Assembly (NCBI GenBank): GCA_003162595.1
Contig: PMNJ01000174.1
Location: 5,458 to 37,731, forward strand
Direction of reading: 5' to 3'
Length of the DNA: 32,274 nucleotides
Source of the DNA: Bacteroidales bacterium
GTDB taxonomy: Bacteria; Bacteroidota; Bacteroidia; Bacteroidales; VadinHA17
In this document: in pieces, positions 9,854 through 19,531 of the stretch
Position numbering within the stretch: the first letter of the stretch is position 1
How the letters are laid out: each line of letters opens with the position of its first letter
Position numbers and translations under genes: made by a program
Notes under the pieces: model-generated
What the model was told of the DNA's origin: nothing
Database searches by the model: none
What the model saw: the letters and a program-made list of their open reading frames with translations, nothing else

Positions 9854-9872
9854 ATCTATTAAAACATGCCAA

Positions 9873-10445
9873 ATGGAGGATCAACTTGCAACAAGAATTA
9901 AGGTTGGAGATGAACAGGCCTTTGAACTGCTTTTTCGCAGATACTTCATTCGACTTTGTGGTTTTGCCAATAAATTTCTTAATGACCCTGACGAGGCAAA
10001 GGAAATAGTTCAAGAGGTATTTGTAAAAATCTGGGAAGGGAGAGAAAATATTAATCCTGAAGATTCTCTTAAATCATATCTTTTTAAAATCGCCCAAAAT
10101 CTCAGTATTAATAAGTTACGAAGGAAAAAGGTAGAGTCAAGATATACTGAGATTTATAAACTGGTCTATTGCGAACGATTTGAATTCTCTGTTCAAGAAT
10201 CCCTTTTGGCCAGGGAACTTGAAGAAAATATCGCCATTTCGATTGAAAAATTGCCGAAAGGATGTCGTAAGGTTTTCGAACTAAGCAGGATTGAAGGCCT
10301 TAAGTATAAAGAAATTGCTGATACTCTTCATATTTCTGTTAAAACAGTTGAAGTACAGATGTCAAAGGCTCTTCGGATGCTTAGGATTGAATTGCGCGAT
10401 TACCTGGCACTTCTTATTATTGGGCTGATCTGCAATAATCTATAG
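9873..10445 (+). CDS. ECF-type RNA polymerase sigma factor (sigma-70 family, PUL-associated)
   Basis: 190 aa. Region 2 (LFRRYFIRLCGFANKFLNDPDEAKEIVQEVFVKIWE) and region 4 HTH (LPKGCRKVFELSRIEGLKYKEIADTLHISVKTVEVQMSKAL). Followed by FecR-type and STN-SusC genes. Confidence 0.92.
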   Translation: MEDQLATRIKVGDEQAFELLFRRYFIRLCGFANKFLNDPDEAKEIVQEVFVKIWEGRENINPEDSLKSYLFKIAQNLSINKLRRKKVESRYTEIYKLVYCERFEFSVQESLLARELEENIAISIEKLPKGCRKVFELSRIEGLKYKEIADTLHISVKTVEVQMSKALRMLRIELRDYLALLIIGLICNNL

Positions 10446-10473
10446 ATTTACGAGGATTAATAGATGTTCTACG

Positions 10474-10506
10474 GAAAGAATTTATTTCCTCTAAATAAAT
10501 TCTTTC
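10474..10506 (+). terminator. Terminator-like hairpin between the sigma and anti-sigma genes
   Basis: Perfect 14-bp inverted repeat GAAAGAATTTATTT / AAATAAATTCTTTC with 5-nt loop CCTCT, followed by ATTTTTAT. The stem is AT-rich (2 G:C pairs), so strength is uncertain. Confidence 0.45.
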
Positions 10507-10654
10507 ATTTTTATATAAGAGTACAACAGGACAAACTTGTACCAGCTAGCGTAAAGATTTCAGTTACTGCCATATTTGTCTGATCAAAAAAAAATCTGAT
10601 TTTCAATAAGGGTAGAGTGGCTCTTTATTGTATTAACTTATGTAAATTATTATA

Positions 10655-11713
10655 ATGGGAAAAGAGAGAGTGAATTATCATAAAATGATAATTAATTTTT
10701 TTGCCGGAGAAATCTCTGATAGTGAGATAATTCTTTTAAAAGACTGGCTTAACCAGCTTCCTGAAAATAAACGCATCTTTGACGATGAAAATGAGTTATG
10801 GCAAGAGGCAAGTCTATATAAAAACACTGTAAATTATCAGACCGACACTACCTGGAATAATATTTCCTCAAAATTTAGTTTTGGAAAAAACAATTCCAGA
10901 TCATTCATAATACAAAGTAAGATTAATTTCCGGATATTAGTCGCTGCAGCAACTATAGCTTGCCTGTTGGCCCTTGGAGGTCTCACTCTCTGGATAGCAG
11001 GAAATAAATCCTTTCAGAAAATAGAGGTTGCCTCCACCATAGTTGCTACACATGAGGGTGAGAAAGCGCACATTCTCCTCGCTGATTCAACAGAAATAAT
11101 TCTGAACTCTGAAAGCACATTACAATATGATGGGCATTATAATATAAAGGATCGTGTAGTTAAATTTACAGGGGAGGCCTACTTCCATGTCAGCACTAAT
11201 CATGAAAAACCCTTTGTAGTACAATTAGGAAAAATGAGTGTTACTGCAACTGGCACACGGTTCAATATTTTTTCCTTTGCTAATGAAGACCGGATAGAGA
11301 CTACAATGGAAGACGGTAGCATTACGGTTTCAATAAAAGGGAAGGAGCCTATAAATTTAAAATCCGGACAACAGGTTGTTTACTTTGTGAAATCTGAAAA
11401 TGTTCTGGTCCGTGATGTTACTACTGATACTTACACATCATGGAAAGAGAATAAACTACGGTTTAATAACACTCCTTTTGAGGAAGTTTTGAGAAGAATA
11501 GGCAGAAAGTATAATGTTAAATTCGAAATTACGAATCACGATCTTTTGAATCTGAAATATACTGCTACTTTTATTGATGAGTCGATTGAAGAGGTCATGG
11601 AGTTGCTAAAAAATGTAAGCCCGATCACCTATAAAATATATTACCGCACTTCAGTCAATGATAAACTATATATGGAACCAAAGATTGTCGTGGGGAAAAG
11701 AAAATCTATTTAA
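10655..11713 (+). CDS. FecR-family transmembrane anti-sigma factor
   Basis: 352 aa. N-terminal anti-sigma motif (FFAGEISDSEIILLKDWL..ENKRIFDDE), single TM helix (ILVAAATIACLLALGGLTLWIA), periplasmic FecR domain and C-terminal segment (LRFNNTPFEEVLRRIGRKYNVKFEI). Confidence 0.9.
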   Translation: MGKERVNYHKMIINFFAGEISDSEIILLKDWLNQLPENKRIFDDENELWQEASLYKNTVNYQTDTTWNNISSKFSFGKNNSRSFIIQSKINFRILVAAATIACLLALGGLTLWIAGNKSFQKIEVASTIVATHEGEKAHILLADSTEIILNSESTLQYDGHYNIKDRVVKFTGEAYFHVSTNHEKPFVVQLGKMSVTATGTRFNIFSFANEDRIETTMEDGSITVSIKGKEPINLKSGQQVVYFVKSENVLVRDVTTDTYTSWKENKLRFNNTPFEEVLRRIGRKYNVKFEITNHDLLNLKYTATFIDESIEEVMELLKNVSPITYKIYYRTSVNDKLYMEPKIVVGKRKSI

Positions 11714-11898
11714 CTAAGTAACCCTGTAACTAACAACCTAACAACCTACCGCCTATGAAACATTCAATTAACAGACATGTCTAAAAAGAAGCAGGAAAGT
11801 CCTGACAGACCTCCCTGCCCTGATTTAAAAGCATTAATACCAATAATGGTCTAGGATTAATGCAATTTAGTTATTAAACATCTAAATCATCCAAACTT

Positions 11899-14800
11899 AT
11901 GAAAAAATTCAATATTTTACAACGAATAGCTTTATTTAAAGTTCGTTCTAAAAAAACCTTCAGAATTATGAAACTTACCACCTTTCTTATGTCTGTGACA
12001 ATTCTTAATGCATTCGCGAATAATACCTACTCGCAGAATACACTATTGAATCTTAACATGAAGGATGTTCCTATGAAAACCGTTTTCAAAGCCATTGAAG
12101 ACCAGAGCGAATTCTTTTTTCTGTATAGCTCCAAGATGATTGATATAGACCAAAAGGTTGATATCAATGTTACTGACAAAAAGATAACAGAAGTTCTGGA
12201 TAAACTCCTGGCAAATTCAGATATAATATATTCTGTCAGAAACCGGCAAATCCTTTTGGTTAATAAAGAAGCAGCTTTGGAATTACAGCAAAAAAAAGTA
12301 ACCGGAACTGTAACCGACGTAAATAAACAACCAGTTGCAGGTGCAAATGTTGTTGTGAAAGGCACTTCGACTGGGGCAATAACAGATGCTGATGGTAAGT
12401 ACACTATTGAAGTTCCTCCATCAGGCAACACCCTTACTGTCAGTTTTATTGGTTACATTTCACAGGAAGTTCAAATTGGAACCAGTAATGACATAAGTAT
12501 TACTCTTCAGACAGAATCTTTATCTCTAAATGAAGTCGTGGTTGTTGGTTATGGGACAGTTCTTAAAAAAAATATTACCACTTCGATTTCAAAAGTATCT
12601 ACAGATGACATTCCAAAAGCTTCCACCAGTAATGTGGCTCAATTGCTGCTTGGTCGTGCTTCTGGTCTTCAAGCCACTATGGTCAGTGCCCAGCCTGGAG
12701 GAAATATAAACATCTCCATACGTGGAGGAGGCACTCCAGTCTACATCGTTGATGGTATCATGATGCCGAGTACTTCACTTGATGCAAATACAAGTGGTTT
12801 TTTCAATAATGTTGATCGTGGAGGTCTTCTCGGGTTGAACCCTGAAGATATTGAATCGGTTGAAGTACTGAAAGACGCTTCTGCATCTATTTATGGTATC
12901 GGAGCTTCCCAGGGTGTGATATTAATCACTACCAAAAAAGGTAAGGAAGGTACCATGAAAATTAATTATGATGGCAGCTACTCTGTTGTGACCAACTACA
13001 AATATCCGGCTATGCTTAATGCGCAGCAATATATGGATCTTAGCAATACCTTTAACAAAGAGCAGTACCTTTATCTTAACAATCTGGCTCCCTATGGACC
13101 CACAGCTTACACAAGCGGTTGGACTGCCCCTTTTGACGCTGCTACAATCGCAAATGCAAAAACAACTAATTGGTTAGATATGGTGTTAAGAGATGGATCT
13201 GTTTCAAATCACAATCTTACATTTAATGGAGGAAATAATTTAATAAAGTATTATGTATCTGGAAACTACTTTGATCAGGTAGGTTCTGTTTCCAATTCCA
13301 GCATGGAACGTTATAGTCTCAGAAGTAACATAGTTTTCCAGTTGAGTTCACGTATCAAATTTTCTTCTATAGTTAATGTGAACAGGAATAACTATAACAA
13401 CTCTGATGTTGGTGGTGGCGCTAATGCTCAGGATGTCGGTGCTCTCATAGATGCTATGGTGTATCCTCCTTATCTCCCGTTAAGGGATGCCAATGGTGCG
13501 TATACAATTTTCCGGAATGTCGCGAATCCCGTATCAATGGAAGAAATGCTTGACCGTACTGCATCTAGCGGAGCATATCTTAACTTTTCAGCAGATTTTA
13601 CTATTATTAAGAATATGCTAACTGCCAATGTACTTTTCGGTGACAATCTGGAAAATTCCCGTCGTACAGCTTATATCCCATCAGATGTTTATTTCGGTCA
13701 GGAGTACCTGTCAAGGGGTAATCTTCAAACTAACAGACGTGATAATCAAACTCTCGAAGCCACAATGGTATTCAACAAAAAATTTGAAAATTTTTTGAAT
13801 TTTGATGCTGTAATAGGTGTCGGGAAATATCTTAATAGATATGATGGAATGAATGTATCATATAATGGTCAGTATGATGCTATCGGGAATGACAACCTCG
13901 GAGCCATATCAGGTTTAATATCTCCGGGGTCCTATGTTGGTGTTGACGAAAAACGTTCACAGTTTGCACGGTTAAATTTTGATTTTCTCGATCGTTATGT
14001 CATAGCTACAACATTACGCCGCGATGGTACAGATAAATTTTTCCCCGGTAATAAATATGCCTTCTTCCCTTCGGTTTCTGTTGCATGGAAGCTATCTAAT
14101 GAATCATTTATGAAAGGTATCGCCTGGATGAATCTTTTAAAACTGAGAGTATCCTATGGTGAAACAGGTAGTGATAACCTTGGCTCAGTCCTTTATGGTA
14201 CTTATGGCCCTGCCGGTAACTATGTTATGTTTAATGGAAACACTCAGAGTTACGTCCCAATTATTCAGAATGGTATAGATTATCCGAATGTAAGTTGGGA
14301 AAAGACAACTATGAAGAACGTTGGTATGGATTTTTCAATATTCAAAGATAGAATATCGGGCAATTTTGATGTATTCATGAATGATATCACAGATATGTTA
14401 GGTAATGCGAATACACCGGGCCTTTCGATGTATGCTACCTATCCAATTAATGGAGCTCATTTGAGAAGACAAGGCTGGGATGCTAATTTCAATACGAAAA
14501 ATATTCAGAGTTCGAATTTTTCATGGACTTCCGTATTGAACCTTTCAAGGTACAATTCTCTCTGGATATCAAGGATGCCAGGCTACGATTATCTACCCTA
14601 TGAGAAAAAAGGTGTTGCCCCTTCGAATGCTTTTTATTATTACGAAACAAATGGAATTTGTAACAGTGATTTAAGTAATGTTCCGGCATCTCAACCAGCA
14701 GCGGCAAGGGTACCCGGATATCCAATCATCGTTGACAAAAATCATGATGGACAAATTACTGTCGCTGATGTTGTAATGGACAATGAAGTTCCTGATCTCT

Positions 14801-15303
14801 ACTTAGGTTTCGGAAACACATTCAATTATAAAAATTTTGATTTGGACATATTTATGTATTCTCAAGTGGGGGTTAAGAAATTCAATGACGCACAGGCGTG
14901 GGCCTCAGCAAGATTATTCAACGAAAATGCTGACAACCAAAACCATTTTTCATACAATATATGGAACTCTCTGACCAACACAAATGGTAATCTGCCAGGC
15001 ATTGCCTATGAACTTGCTCCTGTAGCACTTCCTGGTGGTGCAGGATTAGATATCGGATATCAGAATTGTTCTTTTGTTCGTGTCAGGAACATAACATTTG
15101 GGTATAATTTCACCAACAAAACACTCGGCCCCCTTGGTAAATATATTAATGACCTCAGAGTATATCTTGATACTCAAAACCCATTGACATTCACTAAGTT
15201 TACGGGATTTGACCCTGAGATATATACTGAAACTGGTGTTCACAAGGCTGAATTCCCTATAACGAGAACTTTCACTTTTGGGGTCAAAGTAACTTTTAAA
15301 TAA
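11899..15303 (+). CDS. SusC-like TonB-dependent transporter with N-terminal STN signalling domain (trans-envelope signalling type)
   Basis: 1134 aa. STN domain (LNMKDVPMKTVFKAIEDQSEFFFLYSSKMIDIDQKVDINVTDKKITEVLDKLL), carboxypeptidase-like domain (VTGTVTDVNKQPVAGANVVVKGTSTGAITDADGKY), plug (EVVVVGYGT, SIRGGGTPVYIVDGI), barrel ending in F. An alternative start ATG at 11968 gives the signal peptide MKLTTFLMSVTILNAFA. Confidence 0.93.
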   Translation: MKKFNILQRIALFKVRSKKTFRIMKLTTFLMSVTILNAFANNTYSQNTLLNLNMKDVPMKTVFKAIEDQSEFFFLYSSKMIDIDQKVDINVTDKKITEVLDKLLANSDIIYSVRNRQILLVNKEAALELQQKKVTGTVTDVNKQPVAGANVVVKGTSTGAITDADGKYTIEVPPSGNTLTVSFIGYISQEVQIGTSNDISITLQTESLSLNEVVVVGYGTVLKKNITTSISKVSTDDIPKASTSNVAQLLLGRASGLQATMVSAQPGGNINISIRGGGTPVYIVDGIMMPSTSLDANTSGFFNNVDRGGLLGLNPEDIESVEVLKDASASIYGIGASQGVILITTKKGKEGTMKINYDGSYSVVTNYKYPAMLNAQQYMDLSNTFNKEQYLYLNNLAPYGPTAYTSGWTAPFDAATIANAKTTNWLDMVLRDGSVSNHNLTFNGGNNLIKYYVSGNYFDQVGSVSNSSMERYSLRSNIVFQLSSRIKFSSIVNVNRNNYNNSDVGGGANAQDVGALIDAMVYPPYLPLRDANGAYTIFRNVANPVSMEEMLDRTASSGAYLNFSADFTIIKNMLTANVLFGDNLENSRRTAYIPSDVYFGQEYLSRGNLQTNRRDNQTLEATMVFNKKFENFLNFDAVIGVGKYLNRYDGMNVSYNGQYDAIGNDNLGAISGLISPGSYVGVDEKRSQFARLNFDFLDRYVIATTLRRDGTDKFFPGNKYAFFPSVSVAWKLSNESFMKGIAWMNLLKLRVSYGETGSDNLGSVLYGTYGPAGNYVMFNGNTQSYVPIIQNGIDYPNVSWEKTTMKNVGMDFSIFKDRISGNFDVFMNDITDMLGNANTPGLSMYATYPINGAHLRRQGWDANFNTKNIQSSNFSWTSVLNLSRYNSLWISRMPGYDYLPYEKKGVAPSNAFYYYETNGICNSDLSNVPASQPAAARVPGYPIIVDKNHDGQITVADVVMDNEVPDLYLGFGNTFNYKNFDLDIFMYSQVGVKKFNDAQAWASARLFNENADNQNHFSYNIWNSLTNTNGNLPGIAYELAPVALPGGAGLDIGYQNCSFVRVRNITFGYNFTNKTLGPLGKYINDLRVYLDTQNPLTFTKFTGFDPEIYTETGVHKAEFPITRTFTFGVKVTFK

Positions 15304-15321
15304 TATTTTAAAGATATAGTT

Positions 15322-16950
15322 ATGAAAAAAATTAGAATATTCTTACTGTTCTTTGTTTTAACACTGCTTATTAGCAGTTGCGAAAAGAACTTTGACCCTA
15401 AAATATATGGGTTTCTTTCAACGGCAAACTATCCTAAAACAGAGGCCGACTATGAGGCGCTTTTGATGGATTGCTACCTTCCTTTTTTAGGTAACTGGAA
15501 TTATTCTCTTAGTACAGCCAACCAATATGGTTTCTATATTATTCAAGGCGTTTTAAGACTTTTTGACGATCCTTCCGATTATTGTGCTCCGTGGCTTATC
15601 AGAGCTTGGGGAGGTTCCTGGATAAAATTGTCTCAGGCTAACTATGCCGACTGTATCCTATACCCACGTACTGGTGGCGGTGACGATACCCCAAACTTTG
15701 AGAAAGTCAAAGATATCACCCGCATGACCGAAATTATAGGAGTTCTCCAAAATGCAACAATACTATCGGATGAAAAGAAAAGTAACTTTGTTGGCGAGGC
15801 ACGGTTGTTACGTGGTCTTACAATGTACTATTTGCTTCATATTTACGGACCGGTTCCGGTTATTATTGATCCCACATTAGTTTCAGACGAAAATGCTGAA
15901 GAGAATATGGTACGTCCAACTTTGGAGCAAATGGCAGGATGGATTAAAGATGATTTTGAATATGCTGCAGCAAATATGTCAAACACTGCACCTAAAGGGC
16001 GTTATACGTCTGATTATGCAAAATTTTGCCTGATGCGGCATTGCCTGAATGAAGGATCATACATGACAGGTTATTATGATAGGGCGATCGAATTGTTTGG
16101 CGAATTAAGTAATTCCGGATACGGTTTGTTCACCAAAGATGGTGCGGATGCTTATGCGAACCAATTCAAAATGGCCAATAAGTTTAATAATGAGGTAATT
16201 ATGGCTCTTTCAACCAGTAAAGCAGGTGATGGTGGCGGTAAAGATGGCAACTTTTTCCCGGTTTCAATGTATGTTATACCCAATGACGCATCAGCATATG
16301 CAGACGTTGCCAATACTATTCCTACTCCATTTGTATGGCAAGGATCTGGTTGGGGCCAGTGTTTTAATGTGGCTCCCGCGTATTACGATGCTTATGAAGC
16401 TGGTGATACCCGCAGAAATGTTATTCTGACTTCATATGTTGTTAATGATGCTAACAGGACAGTTATTACAAGAGACGATATTGGTGTTAAATGGTCAGGG
16501 TTCCTTATTAATAAATATCCCCCTGAAATTGCTAGCCCCTTTCAGCCAACCGATTTTCCACTAGCCAGATGGGCTGATGTGCTTTTAATGTATGCTGAAG
16601 CAGTAGCCAGAAAGGCACAGGCTGTTCCAACGGGAGATGCTCTTCAGGGAGTTAATGATGTCAGAGCTCGTGCTGGTCTTCCGCCATTAAGCGGTGCGGC
16701 AATCGCCAGTTACGATGGATTTATGGATGCATTGTTGATTGAACGTGGTCATGAAATGATTTATGAAGGTTGCAGAAAAATTGATCTGATCCGTTTTAAC
16801 AAATACAGACATAATTGCACTATTATCAAAGGAGTTGCTCCGACAAATCAGTATATGCCACTTCCTGACTATGCTGTTCAACAGGCTGCTTCCTATGGCA
16901 AAACACTGGAACAATACTACGAAAGGCCTGATTACGCTTCGGATAATTAG
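15322..16950 (+). CDS. SusD/RagB-family outer-membrane lipoprotein
   Basis: 542 aa. Lipoprotein signal MKKIRIFLLFFVLTLLISSC. SusD-like motifs (ARLLRGLTMYYLLHIYGPVP, WADVLLMYAEA, LIERGHEMIYEGCRKIDLIRF). 18-nt gap after the SusC gene. Confidence 0.9.
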   Translation: MKKIRIFLLFFVLTLLISSCEKNFDPKIYGFLSTANYPKTEADYEALLMDCYLPFLGNWNYSLSTANQYGFYIIQGVLRLFDDPSDYCAPWLIRAWGGSWIKLSQANYADCILYPRTGGGDDTPNFEKVKDITRMTEIIGVLQNATILSDEKKSNFVGEARLLRGLTMYYLLHIYGPVPVIIDPTLVSDENAEENMVRPTLEQMAGWIKDDFEYAAANMSNTAPKGRYTSDYAKFCLMRHCLNEGSYMTGYYDRAIELFGELSNSGYGLFTKDGADAYANQFKMANKFNNEVIMALSTSKAGDGGGKDGNFFPVSMYVIPNDASAYADVANTIPTPFVWQGSGWGQCFNVAPAYYDAYEAGDTRRNVILTSYVVNDANRTVITRDDIGVKWSGFLINKYPPEIASPFQPTDFPLARWADVLLMYAEAVARKAQAVPTGDALQGVNDVRARAGLPPLSGAAIASYDGFMDALLIERGHEMIYEGCRKIDLIRFNKYRHNCTIIKGVAPTNQYMPLPDYAVQQAASYGKTLEQYYERPDYASDN

Positions 16951-16967
16951 GACAGGTCTTAACCAAT

Positions 16968-17006
16968 AATAAACTACTTCACTGTTCAATGGTGAAGTAG
17001 TTTATT
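16968..17006 (+). terminator. Intrinsic terminator/attenuator-like hairpin after susD
   Basis: Perfect 15-bp stem AATAAACTACTTCAC / GTGAAGTAGTTTATT with a 9-nt loop, 18 nt after the stop codon, followed by TCTT. Confidence 0.6.
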
Positions 17007-17133
17007 TCTTGTAATAATCTTTTCATATGTTCATATTTTTAAATTGGCTTATAATGTCCAACTATCTATGATTATGCTTGTTTGTTAATTTTTGGCAATA
17101 GATGTGTGATAATATTTATTAAATCAATGATGA

Positions 17134-19407
17134 ATGAAAGATTGTTTAAATAATGATCATAAAGTTGGAAAATTGAAGAGATTACCACTATTTATTCTTT
17201 TACTTGCTTCAGTTATAAGTTTTGGCCAAAAATCTGATCGAACAACTCAAACTCCTGAAAAAGTCAACATTAAAACCAGCTGGGTTTCAGATAAGACCAC
17301 TTTCCCTTTTCAGAATCCGGATATGCCAATCGAGGAGCGGGTCAATAACATTGTCTCCCTGATGACTCTTGATGAAAAGGCTGCCTTTCTCTCAGAACGT
17401 CCTGGTGTTCCGCGTCTGGGGATTCCGTCAATGCCTCATTCGGAAGGGCTTCATGGTCTGGCTCAGGGAGTGCCCGGCAACTGGAACGGCCGCGATCCCA
17501 TAACGACAACCACATTTCCGCAATCTATAGGAATGGGAGAGACCTGGGATCCGGATATTGTTCGCAAAGCCGGAGCAATAGAAGGGTATGAAGCCAGGTA
17601 CGTATACCAGAGTCCCAAATATAAAAATAACCGTGGCGCAATCTTCATGGGTCTCATTATCAGAGCGCCAAATTCCGATTTAGGCCGTGACCCCCGCTGG
17701 GGCAGGACTGAAGAATGTTTCGGTGAGGATCCTTACTTCAACGGCGTAATGGCTGTCGCTATGATAAAGGGACTGCAGGGCGATGATCCGAAATACTGGC
17801 TTAGTGCAGCGCTTTTAAAACATTTTCTGGCCAACAGCAATGAAGATCATCGCACCAGCACGTCATCGAATTTTGACATCCGTCAGTTTTATGAGTATTA
17901 TTCCCTTCCCTTCCACATGGGTTTTGTGGAGGGAGGCGCAAGGTGTTTCATGACATCCTACAATATGGTCAATGGCATCCCCTGTACTGTGAATCCGGCG
18001 ATTGAGGCAGTGACTGTAAAGAAGTGGGGCGTAGACGGCGTTATATGTACTGATGCCGGAGGCTTCAGCAATCTCACCCGCTCACAGCATTATTACGAAA
18101 ATACAACCCAGGCTGCTGCTGGCTCTATCAATGCAGGTATCAATCAATACCTGGACAGAAATTTTGAAGGTCCAGTGAAAACAGCCATTAAGGAAGGACT
18201 TCTCACTGAGGAACGTCTCGATGAAGTCATCAAGGGCACACTTCGCGTTTTTATCCGTTTGGGACTTCTCGACCCGCCAGATCGGGTTCCCTATTCAAAA
18301 ATCGGAACTGAAGAGACCGAGCCGTGGAACATGCAAAAAAACAGGGATATAGTGCGCCTTGCTACACAGGAGTCAATTGTACTTCTGAAAAACAGAGGAA
18401 ATCTTCTTCCTCTGAATAAGTCGGCTTTGAAGTCTATTGCCATGATAGGGCCACGTGCCAATGAAGTCGTATTCGATTGGTACAGTTCTCAGGCTCCTTA
18501 TGCAGTTACCCCTTTGGCCGGAGTTAAGAACAAAGTGGGGTCACACGTAAAAGTTCAGTTCGCCCTGGGCGATGACGTAGCTGCAGCAGTAAATCTGGCC
18601 AGATCATCTGACGTGGCTATAGTTTGCGTGGGCAACAATCCCAACCAGGAGAATGGCTGGAAAAAAATATCCAACCCGAGCGAAGGTCGGGAAGACCTGG
18701 ATCGTAAGATCATTACTCTTGATGCCCAGGAAGAACTTATTAAACAGGTGCTGGCTGCCAATCCTAAAACGATTGTTGTGCTAAAAAGCAGTTTCCCTTA
18801 TGCCATCAACTGGACCCAGGAGAATTTGCCAGCTATATTGCATATGGCTCACAGCAGTCAGGAGGAAGGCAATGCCCTGGCAGATGTGCTGTTCGGGGAC
18901 TATAATCCCGGAGGACGTTTGGTACAGACATGGCCCAGGTCCCTGGATCAGTTGCCTGAGATGCTGGATTACAACATCCGCGACGGACGTACATACATGT
19001 ATTTCAAGAGTGAACCGCTCTATCCATTCGGCTTTGGTCTGAGTTATACCACGTTTGCCTATACGAACATTAAGACCAGCGATGCGAGCCTTAGCCGGGA
19101 TGGTTCTATAGCTGTAAATATTGACGTGGAGAATACCGGTAAAAGAGCAGGCGATGAGGTGGTACAGCTTTATGTAAAGCACATCAACTCTCAGGTCAGT
19201 CGTCCTGACGAGGAACTCAAGGGATTTAAGCGCGTGCACTTAAAAGCGGGTGAACGACAGACCGTGACAATTCCCCTGGCCGCTCAACGTCTGGCCTATT
19301 GGGACATCAGCAAAAACGACTGGCAAGTGGAGCGCGACAGTGTTGAAATACGTGTAGGTGCTTCCTCCACAGACATCCGCTTACAGCATACCATTAGTGT
19401 AAAGTAG
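17134..19407 (+). CDS. Glycoside hydrolase family 3 exo-beta-glycosidase (beta-glucosidase or beta-xylosidase)
   Basis: 757 aa. GH3 motifs SDLGRDPRWGRTEECFGEDPY and KHFLANSNEDHR, nucleophile region GVDGVICTDAGG, C-terminal FnIII-like domain (VVQLYVKH..ELKGFKRVHLKAGERQTVTIPL). Signal peptide follows a short N-terminal extension. Specificity cannot be decided by eye. Confidence 0.9.
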   Translation: MKDCLNNDHKVGKLKRLPLFILLLASVISFGQKSDRTTQTPEKVNIKTSWVSDKTTFPFQNPDMPIEERVNNIVSLMTLDEKAAFLSERPGVPRLGIPSMPHSEGLHGLAQGVPGNWNGRDPITTTTFPQSIGMGETWDPDIVRKAGAIEGYEARYVYQSPKYKNNRGAIFMGLIIRAPNSDLGRDPRWGRTEECFGEDPYFNGVMAVAMIKGLQGDDPKYWLSAALLKHFLANSNEDHRTSTSSNFDIRQFYEYYSLPFHMGFVEGGARCFMTSYNMVNGIPCTVNPAIEAVTVKKWGVDGVICTDAGGFSNLTRSQHYYENTTQAAAGSINAGINQYLDRNFEGPVKTAIKEGLLTEERLDEVIKGTLRVFIRLGLLDPPDRVPYSKIGTEETEPWNMQKNRDIVRLATQESIVLLKNRGNLLPLNKSALKSIAMIGPRANEVVFDWYSSQAPYAVTPLAGVKNKVGSHVKVQFALGDDVAAAVNLARSSDVAIVCVGNNPNQENGWKKISNPSEGREDLDRKIITLDAQEELIKQVLAANPKTIVVLKSSFPYAINWTQENLPAILHMAHSSQEEGNALADVLFGDYNPGGRLVQTWPRSLDQLPEMLDYNIRDGRTYMYFKSEPLYPFGFGLSYTTFAYTNIKTSDASLSRDGSIAVNIDVENTGKRAGDEVVQLYVKHINSQVSRPDEELKGFKRVHLKAGERQTVTIPLAAQRLAYWDISKNDWQVERDSVEIRVGASSTDIRLQHTISVK

Positions 19408-19487
19408 AAGATCATGAAGGGCAATAGGACAGTGGACAGTGATTATGCATAATGAAGCGAACAGATAATTCAGTCAAAGGACTCAAA

Positions 19488-19512
19488 ATGCAATTGAAGA
19501 TTTCAATTGCAT
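19488..19512 (+). terminator. Hairpin after the GH3 gene
   Basis: Perfect 11-bp stem ATGCAATTGAA / TTCAATTGCAT with 3-nt loop GAT, 81 nt after the stop codon. No T-tract follows. Confidence 0.45.
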
Positions 19513-19531
19513 GCATTAAATACTACATTAA

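Noticed and set aside
10586-10594. A9 homopolymer in the sigma/anti-sigma spacer, and an A9 run inside SusC-2 (12290-12298), as phase-variation or slippage sites
   Set aside because: Nine A residues is short for efficient slipped-strand switching and common in AT-rich DNA. The SusC-2 run encodes in-frame QQKKV in an interdomain linker. No evidence of frameshifted alternative ORFs.
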